From the NCBI GenBank assembly GCA_041662885.1, contig JBAZRP010000002.1, positions 14,118-78,117 on the forward strand: a DNA stretch of 64,000 bases, given 5' to 3'. Each line of letters begins with the position of its first letter. Position 1 is the first letter of the stretch. The notes under the pieces are model-generated. The model was not told the DNA's origin and did no database searches. It worked only from the letters and a program-made list of their open reading frames with translations. Made by a program: the position numbers and the translations under genes. This DNA is from Legionella sp. GTDB lineage: Bacteria > Pseudomonadota > Gammaproteobacteria > Legionellales > Legionellaceae. Of this stretch, positions 50,701-58,682 are shown one piece after another.

Positions 50701-50907
50701 ACGCTCAAAAACACTGGTAATGCGATTACCCATTTCATCAGGTGGTAAACCAGTATAAGACCAAACGATACTGACAACAGGGATATTAATATCAGGGAAA
50801 ATATCAGTTGGGGTGCGAGAAATAGTCAAAGGCCCAATGATGAGTAGCATTAAAGCTAACACAATAAATGTATAAGGTCGCGAAAGGGCAAGCGCTACAA
50901 TCCACAT
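47731..50907 (-). CDS. RND-superfamily efflux permease (AcrB/HAE family)
   Basis: About 1058 aa with 12 TM helices and two large periplasmic loops. The track starts at a GTG (50922). Homologues begin 'MWIV…RPYTF', so the ATG at 50907 is preferred. Confidence 0.93.
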   Translation of the reverse strand: MWIVALALSRPYTFIVLALMLLIIGPLTISRTPTDIFPDINIPVVSIVWSYTGLPPDEMGNRITSVFERAVTTTVNDIEHIESESLLGVSVTKLFFHSGTDIALALSQVTAVAQTMLRNLPPGTLPPLVLSYKASTVPILQLVLSSTTIPEQELNDWANNFMRSQLATVQGASIPYPYGGKTRQIQVDLNPKAMQTYGVSAQQINDALDAQNLIIPAGTEKIGLYEYIVKLNSSPLTIEELNYLPVKSTPGRILYMRDVAHVRDGFAPQTNIVRVDGKRAVMMSIEKSGNASTLSIISRIKELLPKVQEMLPEAISLTKFADQSLFVTAAIRGVIVEGIIAAALTGLMILLFLGSLRSTFIITLSIPLSIIASITILSALGETINIMTLGGLALAVGILVDDATVAIENINWNLEQGKEVEQAILDGAKQIAIPALVSTLCICIVFVPMFFLGGVAQYLFVPLAEAVIFAMLTSYLLSRTLVPTLAKYLLHKHDPFEKQIQTAKGLMRIHGLFEEKFAALRDFYLRHLTTALKHAKIFILCFLSFVLSSIFLLWPWLGDDFFPNVDAGQIKLHIRAPTGTRVEETARLVDTIDTTIRRIIPATELDSIVDNIGLPVSGINLSYSNSATVGPEDADILISLKENHKPSARYVHTIRAELTNQFPEISLAFLPADIVNQIINFGLPSPINIQVIGLNKKANTHYAHQLIKRLKKVSGLTDIRTRQASNYPELFVDVDRSLAQELGFTQLDIASDMLIALSGSFQTRPTFWLDPKNHVSYPIVTQAPQYVMTSLNDLNNLTIGTQSTPKQAQILGAFSKIRRTMTDVVESHYNVQPAIDIFASIQDRDLGSIAKDIQKIIDDTKKDVPKASTVAVRGQIETQQYAFSGLYWGLAFSILLVYLLIVINFQSWTDPFIIICALPGALAGIAWMLFITHTTLSVPALTGAIMCMGVATANSILIISFAKDHLLENHDPFLATIEAGKARIRPVIMTALAMIIGMLPMSLGLGDGGEQNAPLGRAVIGGLSFATMATLFFVPVVFYTIHDWKLKAKERKNNAQKP

Positions 50908-51003
50908 AACAATCCATGTCACTTACTAAAGGAACTAGTATACTAAAAAAAGCCATAAGTTAGAACCGCATTGAATCCCCTATTTCCATAGGAAGAAGCT
51001 GAA

Positions 51004-51029
51004 GTATGTTGGGCCAAGGCCTAACCTAC
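51004..51029. repeat. 'gtaggttgggc' REP family copy overlapping the PEBP gene stop codon
   Basis: 'gtatgttgggccaaggcctaacctac', an imperfect palindrome. Confidence 0.6.
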
Positions 51030-51532
51030 TTCTGATACAAGGCCTCAAGTTTGGCAGTCCCAATCACATGGCTAGTCATAGCATCCAAAGCAGTATTTGT
51101 ATCCGCATTATCTTCTAGGATCAATAACTTATCTAAAGCATAAAGGGTAAACACATATTGATGCATACCAATCGATGGACAAGGGCCACGATACTCAGCA
51201 GTTTTCCAGCTGTTCTTAGCCAGCGAAGCTCCTTGAGGAACCGGATTAGCTGGATCTAACTGAAATACAGTTGGTGGAATATTATATAAAATCCAATGGG
51301 TCCATACTCCACCAGGAGCATCTGGATCTTGTAATACTAAAGCAAAAGCCTGTGTATTCGCCGGTGCATTGCTCCAAGTAAATGGCGGTACCTTATTACT
51401 ACCATCACAGGTAAATTCCACAGGAATTAAGGAATTTGCTTTAAAAGCAGGACTTTCAAGGGTAAACTCAGCTGCAAAAGTATTAGTAATTAAACTACTC
51501 AGCAATAATACCAAGCAAAAAATTTTTTTCAT
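51026..51532 (-). CDS. YbhB/YbcL-family (PEBP / Raf-kinase-inhibitor-like) periplasmic protein
   Basis: 168 aa with a signal peptide. 'LVLQDPDAPGG.W.HW' and 'GPCPP'-like 'YRGPCPSIGMHQYVFTLYALD' are present. Confidence 0.9.
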   Translation of the reverse strand: MKKIFCLVLLLSSLITNTFAAEFTLESPAFKANSLIPVEFTCDGSNKVPPFTWSNAPANTQAFALVLQDPDAPGGVWTHWILYNIPPTVFQLDPANPVPQGASLAKNSWKTAEYRGPCPSIGMHQYVFTLYALDKLLILEDNADTNTALDAMTSHVIGTAKLEALYQK

Positions 51533-51599
51533 TTTATACTCCCAAACGATCCATTATTTAGGCATATTATAGCATTAAAACATTGAACAAGGAGAGGCT

Positions 51600-52631
51600 A
51601 TGAAACTAATCGACCTAAGAAGTGATACGGTAACGAAACCTTGTAAGCCTATGCTTGCGGCTATGATGCAGGCTGAGGTCGGCGATGATGTTTATGGTGA
51701 AGATCCTACGGTTAATAAGTTGGAAGCGATGTTGGCAGACATGTCGGGCATGGAAGCGGCAGTATTTGCTCCTACTGGGACGCAATCAAATTTATTAGGA
51801 ATTATGTCGCATTGTCAACGAGGCGATGAATACATAGTAGGACAAAAAGCACACACTTATCTTTCAGAAGGCGGGGGTGCCGCTGTTTTAGGATCGGTGC
51901 AGCCACAACCAATTGATTTTGAAGAAGACGGTTGTTTATCTTTAGAAAAGGTATTTTTGGCAATTAAACCCAATAACTTTCATTATGCGCGCACGCGCTT
52001 GTTGTGTCTGGAAAATACGCAACTGGGTAAAGTCCTTCCTTTAAATTATTTAAACGAGGTAAAAGCCTTTTGTCACACGCATAATTTGGCAAGTCATCTT
52101 GATGGTGCCAGAGTATTTAATGCAACGGTACAACAAAAAGTAGCTTTAGCTGATATTAGTAAAAATTTTGATTCGATTTCCATCTGTTTATCAAAAGGTT
52201 TAGGGACTCCAGCGGGTTCTGTTTTATGTGGTAGCAAGGATTTAATAAGTACCGCAAGAAGATGGCGCAAAGTATTGGGTGGTGGCATGAGACAGGTCGG
52301 TTATTTAGCTGCAGCAGGAATTTATGCTTTAGAAAATAATATTAATCGATTAGAAGAAGATCATTATCATGCACGTTTATTGGCCGAAGGTTTAGAAAAA
52401 ATTGAGGAACTAACGGTTGATAGTGAATCGCTACAAACCAATATATTATTTATCAAAGTAAGCAAAGATTATCCGCAATTACAGACATACTTATCCCAAA
52501 AGGGCATCATTCTGCCACCACAAGCAAACAAAATGAATAAAATACGTTTGGTTACACATTTGGATATAGTCAAAGAAGATATAGGAACGGTTATAAATAC
52601 TATTAAAAATTATTATCGAAACCGCTTATAA
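51600..52631 (+). CDS. ltaE: Low-specificity L-threonine aldolase
   Basis: 343 aa with 'IDLRSDTVTKP', 'GDDVYGEDPTVN' and the PLP lysine region 'SICLSKGLG'. Confidence 0.92.
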   Translation: MKLIDLRSDTVTKPCKPMLAAMMQAEVGDDVYGEDPTVNKLEAMLADMSGMEAAVFAPTGTQSNLLGIMSHCQRGDEYIVGQKAHTYLSEGGGAAVLGSVQPQPIDFEEDGCLSLEKVFLAIKPNNFHYARTRLLCLENTQLGKVLPLNYLNEVKAFCHTHNLASHLDGARVFNATVQQKVALADISKNFDSISICLSKGLGTPAGSVLCGSKDLISTARRWRKVLGGGMRQVGYLAAAGIYALENNINRLEEDHYHARLLAEGLEKIEELTVDSESLQTNILFIKVSKDYPQLQTYLSQKGIILPPQANKMNKIRLVTHLDIVKEDIGTVINTIKNYYRNRL

Positions 52632-52659
52632 AACTCTGCCATTCGCGTTATAAATAATT

Positions 52660-52688
52660 GTCATTCCGGCGAAGGCGGTAAACCATTC
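52660..52688. repeat. 'gtcattcc(c)gcgaaggc' REP family copy, upstream of the SDR gene
   Basis: 'gtcattccggcgaaggcggtaaaccattc'. It has the same orientation as the copy at 53481-53509. Confidence 0.65.
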
Positions 52689-52701
52689 AGAGGAAGCTCA
52701 C

Positions 52702-53469
52702 ATGCTATCAGTAAAAAATCAAATTGCTTTAATAACCGGTGCATCAAGCGGAATCGGCCAAGCGTGCGCACGTATTCTTGCCGCTTCTGGTGCAAAACTT
52801 ATTTTAAGTGCTAGAAGAGTTGATAGACTGGAGGAATTGGTTTTGGAATTGAAAGAATATTCTGATACGGAACACTTAATTTTACCTTTAGATGTTCGCG
52901 ATAGAAACCAGGTTCATACTCAATTAAGTTCTTTACCAGAACAATGGCAAGCAATTGATATCTTAATTAATAATGCCGGTTTGGCTTTGGATACCTTACC
53001 TATCGATCAAGGCATAATTGATAATTGGGATACGATGATTGACACCAATATAAAAGGTTTTTTGTACGTGAGTCGGGAAATTATCCCTGGTTTATTAGAA
53101 CGAAATCGTGGTCATATTATTAATCTTGGTTCTATAGCGGGACACGAATGTTATCCAAATGGCAATGTATATGTAGCCACCAAACATGCGGTACACGCAT
53201 TATCAAAATCAATGCGTTTGGATTTGTTGGGCACACCTATCCGCGTAACTGAAATTGCACCAGGTGCAGTAAAAACAGAGTTTAGTGAGGTTCGCTGGAA
53301 TGATAAACAACGTGCTAAAGATTTTTATAAAGGTTTTCAAGCATTACTAGCTGAAGATATTGCCGATGCGGTTTTATATTGTCTAACACGTCCCCTGCGT
53401 ATGGATGTAGAGCTGATGATCCTCATGCCAACAGCCCAAGCATCCGCCAACCATTTGCACAGAAAATAA
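52702..53469 (+). CDS. Short-chain dehydrogenase/reductase (YdfG-like NADP-dependent 3-hydroxy acid dehydrogenase)
   Basis: 255 aa with 'ITGASSGIG', 'NNAG' and the catalytic 'Y…K' in 'YVATKHAV'. Confidence 0.9.
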   Translation: MLSVKNQIALITGASSGIGQACARILAASGAKLILSARRVDRLEELVLELKEYSDTEHLILPLDVRDRNQVHTQLSSLPEQWQAIDILINNAGLALDTLPIDQGIIDNWDTMIDTNIKGFLYVSREIIPGLLERNRGHIINLGSIAGHECYPNGNVYVATKHAVHALSKSMRLDLLGTPIRVTEIAPGAVKTEFSEVRWNDKQRAKDFYKGFQALLAEDIADAVLYCLTRPLRMDVELMILMPTAQASANHLHRK

Positions 53470-53480
53470 TCCAGGCCCAT

Positions 53481-53509
53481 GTCATTCCCGCGAAGGCAAG
53501 GAATCATTC
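53481..53509. repeat. 'gtcattcccgcgaaggc' REP family copy, downstream of the SDR gene
   Basis: 'gtcattcccgcgaaggcaaggaatcattc'. Confidence 0.65.
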
Positions 53510-53710
53510 GTTACACCATTTTTTATCCTGCAAACCGCATATATTTTATGCCTATTTTATTGGCACAAAGTGTATTTATAGTCTACTCTTAACATATAGG
53601 TAATGGCGTACCCTGGCTGAACCAGTAAATAATGAACTGATATGGAGGTTGTTTTGCAGGGTGGTGTGTAAGCCTATACAGAGTAGGAAACCTTAAGCAC
53701 TGCATAGACC

Positions 53711-53727
53711 TTTGAAGTGACTTCAAA
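53711..53727. promoter_or_regulatory. Perfect 17-bp palindrome, candidate operator upstream of the small-protein pair
   Basis: 'TTTGAAGTgACTTCAAA' lies about 95 nt upstream of the ATG at 53821. A single-nucleotide centre argues for a dimeric DNA-binding site rather than an RNA hairpin. Confidence 0.3.
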
Positions 53728-53820
53728 TTCCGGCTCAGTATCCTGGGGGTCATTGCCTGTACTAAAAGTAATAAGGACGAAACATACAATGAAATGATAC
53801 ATATTTAATAGGAAGTGAAT

Positions 53821-54090
53821 ATGAAAAAATTAATTATTTCTTTGGTTGTTAGTGCCCCTCTGTTTTTGACCTCTGTATCCTCTGTTGCTGCTTCCACAGC
53901 CGGTTCTGTTGCTTTTGATCGAGCTGACAGTTCTAATTTTGTCTACACTGTTGGAAATTATAGTGGAAAGTCCGTTGTGGGGACCCAATATGCGTATTGG
54001 CATCGTTACCATAGATGGCATCGTTATCATCCATACCGATACCACCGATACCATCCCTACCACCGCTATCATCGTTGGCACAGATGGTAA
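53821..54090 (+). CDS. Small exported protein with extreme His/Arg/Tyr/Trp C-terminal repeat
   Basis: 'AGGAAGtgaatATG' context and signal peptide MKKLIISLVVSAPLFLTSVSSVAAS. The last 33 residues are YAYWHRYHRWHRYHPYRYHRYHPYHRYHRWHRW. The track start at GTG 53815 is less likely. Confidence 0.65.
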   Translation: MKKLIISLVVSAPLFLTSVSSVAASTAGSVAFDRADSSNFVYTVGNYSGKSVVGTQYAYWHRYHRWHRYHPYRYHRYHPYHRYHRWHRW

Positions 54091-54105
54091 TAAGGAGGAA
54101 AGATC

Positions 54106-54330
54106 ATGAAAAAAGTAATGATTGCTCTGATGTTAAGTGCGCCAATTTTATTATTAAATGGTTGCGCCGTTGGAACAGTAGCCTATGATCCTGGATACAG
54201 TAATGATTATGTGTACTCAGTAGGTTACTACAATAACCGACCTTATTGGGGAAATAATTACTACCATTATGGTTATGGTATAGGTAATTATGGTTATTGG
54301 GGTGGTATGGGTATTTATGATAGTTATTAA
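54106..54330 (+). CDS. Small lipoprotein with Gly/Tyr/Asn-rich tail; paralogue of 53821..54090
   Basis: 'aaGGAGGaaagatcATG' context and lipobox 'LLLNGC'. 'GTVAYDPGYSNDYVYSVGYY' aligns with 'GSVAFDRADSSNFVYTVGNY' in the upstream gene. The tail reads 'NNRPYWGNNYYHYGYGIGNYGYWGGMGIYDSY'. Confidence 0.7.
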   Translation: MKKVMIALMLSAPILLLNGCAVGTVAYDPGYSNDYVYSVGYYNNRPYWGNNYYHYGYGIGNYGYWGGMGIYDSY

Positions 54331-54332
54331 GC

Positions 54333-54360
54333 CGTAGGTTGGGCCCAGGCCCAACCTACG
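54333..54360. repeat. Perfect 'gtaggttgggc' REP palindrome between convergent genes (terminator-like)
   Basis: 'cgtaggttgggc-ccag-gcccaacctacg': a 12-bp stem with a 4-nt loop, followed by 'cttttac'. Confidence 0.8.
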
Positions 54361-54373
54361 CTTTTACAACTAA

Positions 54374-54943
54374 CTATTCCTTCGCCCGCGAAACATACTC
54401 ACCCTTACGCGTATCCACCTTAATCAATTCACCTGTCTGAACAAATAAAGGTACACGCACAACAGCTCCAGTTTCCAATTTCGCTGGTTTTCCACCGCCA
54501 CCAGAAGTATCCCCTTTCAAACCAGGATCCGTTTCGACAATTTCTAAAATCACAAAATTAGGTGGCATTACTAATATGGGCTCATTATTCCATAAAGTAA
54601 GAATACAAATATCCTGCTCTTTTAACCATTGCGCAGCATCAGCAACATTGGTTTCTGTTAGGGCATATTGTTCAAAAGTTTCCGGAACCATAAAATGCCA
54701 GTGTTCGCCGTCATTATATAAATAGTGCATTTCTACATCAGCAACATCTGCGGAATTTAAAGATTCATTGGCTTTCATGGTCCGCTCAACCACTCGACCA
54801 GTTTTTAAGTTACGAATTTTAATACGCGTAAAGGCTTGTCCTTTACCTGGTTTTATAAATTCACATTCAAGAATAGTACAAGGTGCATCATCTACCATTA
54901 CTTTTAAGCCATTTTTTACATCATTCATACCGTAGGTTGCCAT
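54374..54943 (-). CDS. efp: Elongation factor P
   Basis: 189 aa. The 'KPGKGQAF' loop carries the modifiable Lys. It is divergent from epmB, as in enterobacteria. Confidence 0.97.
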   Translation of the reverse strand: MATYGMNDVKNGLKVMVDDAPCTILECEFIKPGKGQAFTRIKIRNLKTGRVVERTMKANESLNSADVADVEMHYLYNDGEHWHFMVPETFEQYALTETNVADAAQWLKEQDICILTLWNNEPILVMPPNFVILEIVETDPGLKGDTSGGGGKPAKLETGAVVRVPLFVQTGELIKVDTRKGEYVSRAKE

Positions 54944-55015
54944 TACTGCTCCAATAGTTGAGATTTTTCTCTAATTTCGATAAAGTTCGCACAGTTTATC
55001 AAGTCCGTACAATTA

Positions 55016-55999
55016 ATGCGAGATTCCTCTTTGAATTGGCAAAAAATTTTATCACAGGGTTTTACATCGGCAACTGAATTATTAAAATTCTTAGAATTAC
55101 CGGTTGAAAGTGCAAATATCCTGGCAGAACAGCAGTTTTCAAGTCGTATTCCTTTAGGCTTTGCTCAACGCATGCGCAAAGGAAACCCATTTGATCCACT
55201 TTTACTACAAGTCTTGGCCGTAGATCAGGAGCTTGATGTAGTGGCCGGATACACGACAGATCCCGTTCACGAGTCACAAACCAATGTGATGCGTGGATTA
55301 ATTCATAAATACCATGGCCGTGTCTTATTAACGCTAACCGGTGCTTGCGCTATTAATTGTCGTTATTGTTTTAGAAGACATTTTCCCTATCAAGAAAATA
55401 ATCCTGGGCGTAATGGTTGGAAAGAAGTGGCGGATTATATTGCAAAAGACAGCAGTATTAGCGAAGTTATTTTAAGCGGCGGTGACCCTTTATTAGCCGC
55501 GGATGCAGTCTTATCAGAAGTATTGCAACTCATAGAAGCGATACCTCATGTGCATACAGTGCGTATTCATACACGATTCCCAGTAGTTTTACCTGAACGG
55601 ATTAACGCAACTTTGATAGAACTCCTAAAAGCATCTCGTTTACATAAAGTAATTGTTTTGCACTGCAATCATGCTCAGGAATTAGATCAACAAGTACAAA
55701 CAGCATGCATCGATCTGAAAGAAGCTGGCTGTCATTTGCTCAACCAGTCGGTATTATTGTCAGGCGTAAATGATAATGCACAAACTTTGGCCGAATTAAG
55801 CCAGGCTTTATTCAGCTTTGGCGTTTTACCATATTATTTACATGTGATGGACAAGGTGCGTGGAGCAGCACATTTTGATATGGCCTTTACCAAAACCCAG
55901 CAGATATACCAAGAATTACAAACTTTATTACCCGGTTATTTAGTCCCGCGTTTGGTGCGTGAGGAGCCAGGAAAATTAAGTAAAACGCAGTTATTTTGA
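55016..55999 (+). CDS. epmB: EF-P beta-lysylation protein EpmB (lysine 2,3-aminomutase-like radical SAM enzyme)
   Basis: 327 aa with the radical-SAM motif 'CAINCRYCFRR' and similarity to the YjeK/KamA family. Confidence 0.92.
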   Translation: MRDSSLNWQKILSQGFTSATELLKFLELPVESANILAEQQFSSRIPLGFAQRMRKGNPFDPLLLQVLAVDQELDVVAGYTTDPVHESQTNVMRGLIHKYHGRVLLTLTGACAINCRYCFRRHFPYQENNPGRNGWKEVADYIAKDSSISEVILSGGDPLLAADAVLSEVLQLIEAIPHVHTVRIHTRFPVVLPERINATLIELLKASRLHKVIVLHCNHAQELDQQVQTACIDLKEAGCHLLNQSVLLSGVNDNAQTLAELSQALFSFGVLPYYLHVMDKVRGAAHFDMAFTKTQQIYQELQTLLPGYLVPRLVREEPGKLSKTQLF

Positions 56000-56001
56000 A
56001 T

Positions 56002-58068
56002 CTATTCTTCCCCATAAAGCTTCAATAACCTCATTTGAGCGCTGTTATCTGCATGCCCACAAGGTTTATAACTGCCATCATTTTGCATTTCCCAAGTATT
56101 ACTAGTGTCTTTCAGATAGTTTTTGATAATTTCACTTTTAATGCGTTTTTGACAGTCTTCATCAAGTATTGGAAACATAACTTCGATTCTATGATATAAA
56201 TTTCTATCCATTAAATCGGCACTGGCACAAAAGTAATGTTCTTTATCCTGGATTCTAAAATAAAATACGCGATGGTGTTCTAAGAAGCGGCCAATATAAG
56301 AAAGTACTCTTATATTTTCTGATACTCCAGCAAGTCCTGGTTTTAAACAACACACCCCTCGGATTAATAAATTAATTTTTACGCCAGCTTGGGAAGCTTT
56401 GTATAAGGCTTGAATCATAACCACGTCGGTTAGACCATTAGCTTTAAACATTATTTCCGTATCGCCTCCTTTTTGCGCGGCACAGGCACATTGTTCGATC
56501 AAATTTAATAAGGATTTTTGTAGGGTAAATGGAGCATGGCTTAAAGCTTTTAATTTTACTACTTTTCCTAGACCAGTTAATTGTTGGAAAATGATTTGCA
56601 CATCCGACGCAATAGTCGGTTCGCTGGTTAGTAAGCCTAAGTCGGTATATGTTCTGGCGGTTTTTTCGTGGTAGTTGCCCGTACTCAAATGCACATAGCG
56701 TTTGAGTTTCCCGTGTGTTCTTCTGACCACTAAAGTCATTTTGGCATGGGTTTTAAATCCTACGACCCCATAAAGAACTAAAATTCCTGCGGTATGTAAT
56801 CGATTGGCTAATTTTAAATTGGATTCTTCGTCAAAGCGTGCGCGTAATTCAATAACTGCGGTTACTTCTTTACCAGAATGGGCGGCATCGACTAAGGCAT
56901 CAACCATTACCGATTCAGAATGGGTTCTATATAAAGTTTGGTTGATGGCCAATACATTAGGATCGGCTGCAGCTTGTCGCACAAAGTCTATTACTGGAGC
57001 AAAACTTTGATAGGGGTGATGTAATAGAATATCTTGTTGATCAAGAACATTGAATAAGTTGTGCTCCGATTTTGGAAATTGTGGGTATTGAGCTATGAAG
57101 GGTGGATAGTTCAAATCCGGTCTATCAATACTATTAATAGCACTCATATATCGTTGTATGTTGACAGGACCATCACAAAAATAAGTATCTTCATAATGCA
57201 GCCGGTATTTTTGTAAGAGAAAATCAACAATTTTTTCAGGACATTTATTTTCAATCTCTAAACGTACTACATGACCATAATGTCTGGAAAAAATTTCACG
57301 TTGCACGGCTTTTGCTAGGTCATCAATTTCTTCTTCGCGTAAAAATAAATCGCTATTACGGGTTAATCGAAACGAATAACAACCACTGATTTCCATTCCT
57401 GGAAATAAACTGTTTACATGAGTTTTTATAATTGAGGATAAATAAACAAAATAATGCGCATCACCACATAATTCAGAAGGTAAATGAATCATACGAGGAA
57501 TGGATCGTGGCGCATGTACCACCGCATAATTGATATTCCGATCGAATGCATCCTTACCACTTAAAGAAATTATAAAATTGAGACTCTTATTAATTAAACG
57601 TGGTAAGGGATGCGCTAAATCCAAAGCTATGGGACTAACAACAGGTAAAATTTCGTGTTTAAAATAATGTTTTGCCCATAAATGAATGTCTTCAGTCCAT
57701 TCGTCGGAATCCAGAAAATAAATATTTTGTTTGCGTAAGGCTGGCAGTAATTGTTTGTTAAAAATGCTATAGATTTGTTCTATTAATGTGTGTGCTCTTT
57801 TGCTAATTTCACTATAGGCTTCATCAACACGCAAACCGTCTAAGGTTAATTTACTTGAGGACATGGCAATTTTTTCTTTAAGTCCGGCAACACGGATTTC
57901 AAAAAATTCATCCAGATTGCTGCTGCAAATACTTAAAAAACGCATCCGTTCTAATAAAGGTACGCGATCATCATTAGCCAGCATTAGTACTCGGCGATTA
58001 AATTCTATCGCTGAGAATTCGCGGTTAATGTAATAATCCGGGTTATCCAGTACCTCGTCCAAGAGCAA
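56002..58068 (-). CDS. ppk: Polyphosphate kinase 1
   Basis: 688 aa with 'INREFSAIEFNRRVL', the phospho-His region 'GFKTHAKMTLVVR' and two PLD-like C-terminal domains. It has a non-ATG (TTG) start, and the exact start (58068 or 58062) is uncertain. Confidence 0.95.
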   Translation of the reverse strand: MLLDEVLDNPDYYINREFSAIEFNRRVLMLANDDRVPLLERMRFLSICSSNLDEFFEIRVAGLKEKIAMSSSKLTLDGLRVDEAYSEISKRAHTLIEQIYSIFNKQLLPALRKQNIYFLDSDEWTEDIHLWAKHYFKHEILPVVSPIALDLAHPLPRLINKSLNFIISLSGKDAFDRNINYAVVHAPRSIPRMIHLPSELCGDAHYFVYLSSIIKTHVNSLFPGMEISGCYSFRLTRNSDLFLREEEIDDLAKAVQREIFSRHYGHVVRLEIENKCPEKIVDFLLQKYRLHYEDTYFCDGPVNIQRYMSAINSIDRPDLNYPPFIAQYPQFPKSEHNLFNVLDQQDILLHHPYQSFAPVIDFVRQAAADPNVLAINQTLYRTHSESVMVDALVDAAHSGKEVTAVIELRARFDEESNLKLANRLHTAGILVLYGVVGFKTHAKMTLVVRRTHGKLKRYVHLSTGNYHEKTARTYTDLGLLTSEPTIASDVQIIFQQLTGLGKVVKLKALSHAPFTLQKSLLNLIEQCACAAQKGGDTEIMFKANGLTDVVMIQALYKASQAGVKINLLIRGVCCLKPGLAGVSENIRVLSYIGRFLEHHRVFYFRIQDKEHYFCASADLMDRNLYHRIEVMFPILDEDCQKRIKSEIIKNYLKDTSNTWEMQNDGSYKPCGHADNSAQMRLLKLYGEE

Positions 58069-58072
58069 CTCC

Positions 58073-58606
58073 TTAATGAACTAGAAAAAAAGTCAGTGCA
58101 ATAAAAGCCACAAATCCCCAAAAAGGCGATAAATTTAGAAAGGCTAAGGCCAAAAAGAAGAGAAGACAGGCAAGCCCAATCGCTATTGAAAAATGCATTT
58201 CAACCACACCTTGGGCAACAGAAAAAGTAGCTGCGGCCAATAAAGCTAAAGCGCCATATTGCACTGCAATCATAATTTTTCGAGTATTAGGACCATTATT
58301 ATGCGTTAACCATTGATAGCCTAATAATACCATGAGTAATCCAGGTAGGTTTAAACACAAAACCGCCAAAATCATACCGGTAATGCCGGCAGCTTTATAA
58401 CCAATTAAGGCCGATAATTTAACAGCTGTTAAACCGGGAAATAAAAAACTTGAGCCAAGCATACTAATGAATTCTTCTTTGCCCACCCAATGCCTGTACG
58501 TAACCGCCTCGTATTCGAGCAATTTCAACATGGAATTACCGCCACCTAGAGAAATAATTCCAATTTTGCTAAAACTGTAGATTATATTTAATAAACTGGT
58601 AATCAT
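58073..58606 (-). CDS. Chromate-transporter (CHR) family protein, half-size (single domain)
   Basis: 'LGGGNSMLKLLEYEAVTYRHWVGKEEFISMLGSSFLFPGLTAVKLSALIGY' fits the CHR domain. The track ORF extends to 58660 through a REP element, so the ATG at 58606 (MITSLL…) is preferred. Its stop lies 4 nt before the ppk start. Confidence 0.8.
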   Translation of the reverse strand: MITSLLNIIYSFSKIGIISLGGGNSMLKLLEYEAVTYRHWVGKEEFISMLGSSFLFPGLTAVKLSALIGYKAAGITGMILAVLCLNLPGLLMVLLGYQWLTHNNGPNTRKIMIAVQYGALALLAAATFSVAQGVVEMHFSIAIGLACLLFFLALAFLNLSPFWGFVAFIALTFFLVH

Positions 58607-58620
58607 TGTATTCTCTATTG

Positions 58621-58666
58621 CTCCCTTCTCCCTCCGGGAGAAGGTGCCCGAAGGGCGCATGAGTGG
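58621..58666. repeat. 'cccttctccctc…gggagaagg…gcgc' double-hairpin REP family copy
   Basis: 'ctcccttctccctccgggagaaggtgcccgaagggcgcatgagtgg'. It has the same orientation and consensus as the two copies at 61836-61980. Confidence 0.7.
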
Positions 58667-58682
58667 ATTAAAACACCAACCC

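Noticed and set aside
53379-53789. ORFs 53379-53603 (+) and 53589-53789 (-) in the long intergenic region.
   Set aside because: The first overlaps the SDR gene 3' end and reads through a REP copy. Neither has a ribosome-binding site or a recognisable family. The region is treated as non-coding or regulatory.
53830-54109. Two additional ORFs (53830-54081 minus strand, 53885-54109 plus strand) overlapping the His/Arg/Tyr repeat gene.
   Set aside because: The triplet-periodic repeat keeps several frames open. Only the 53821 frame has a ribosome-binding site, a signal peptide and a paralogue next door.
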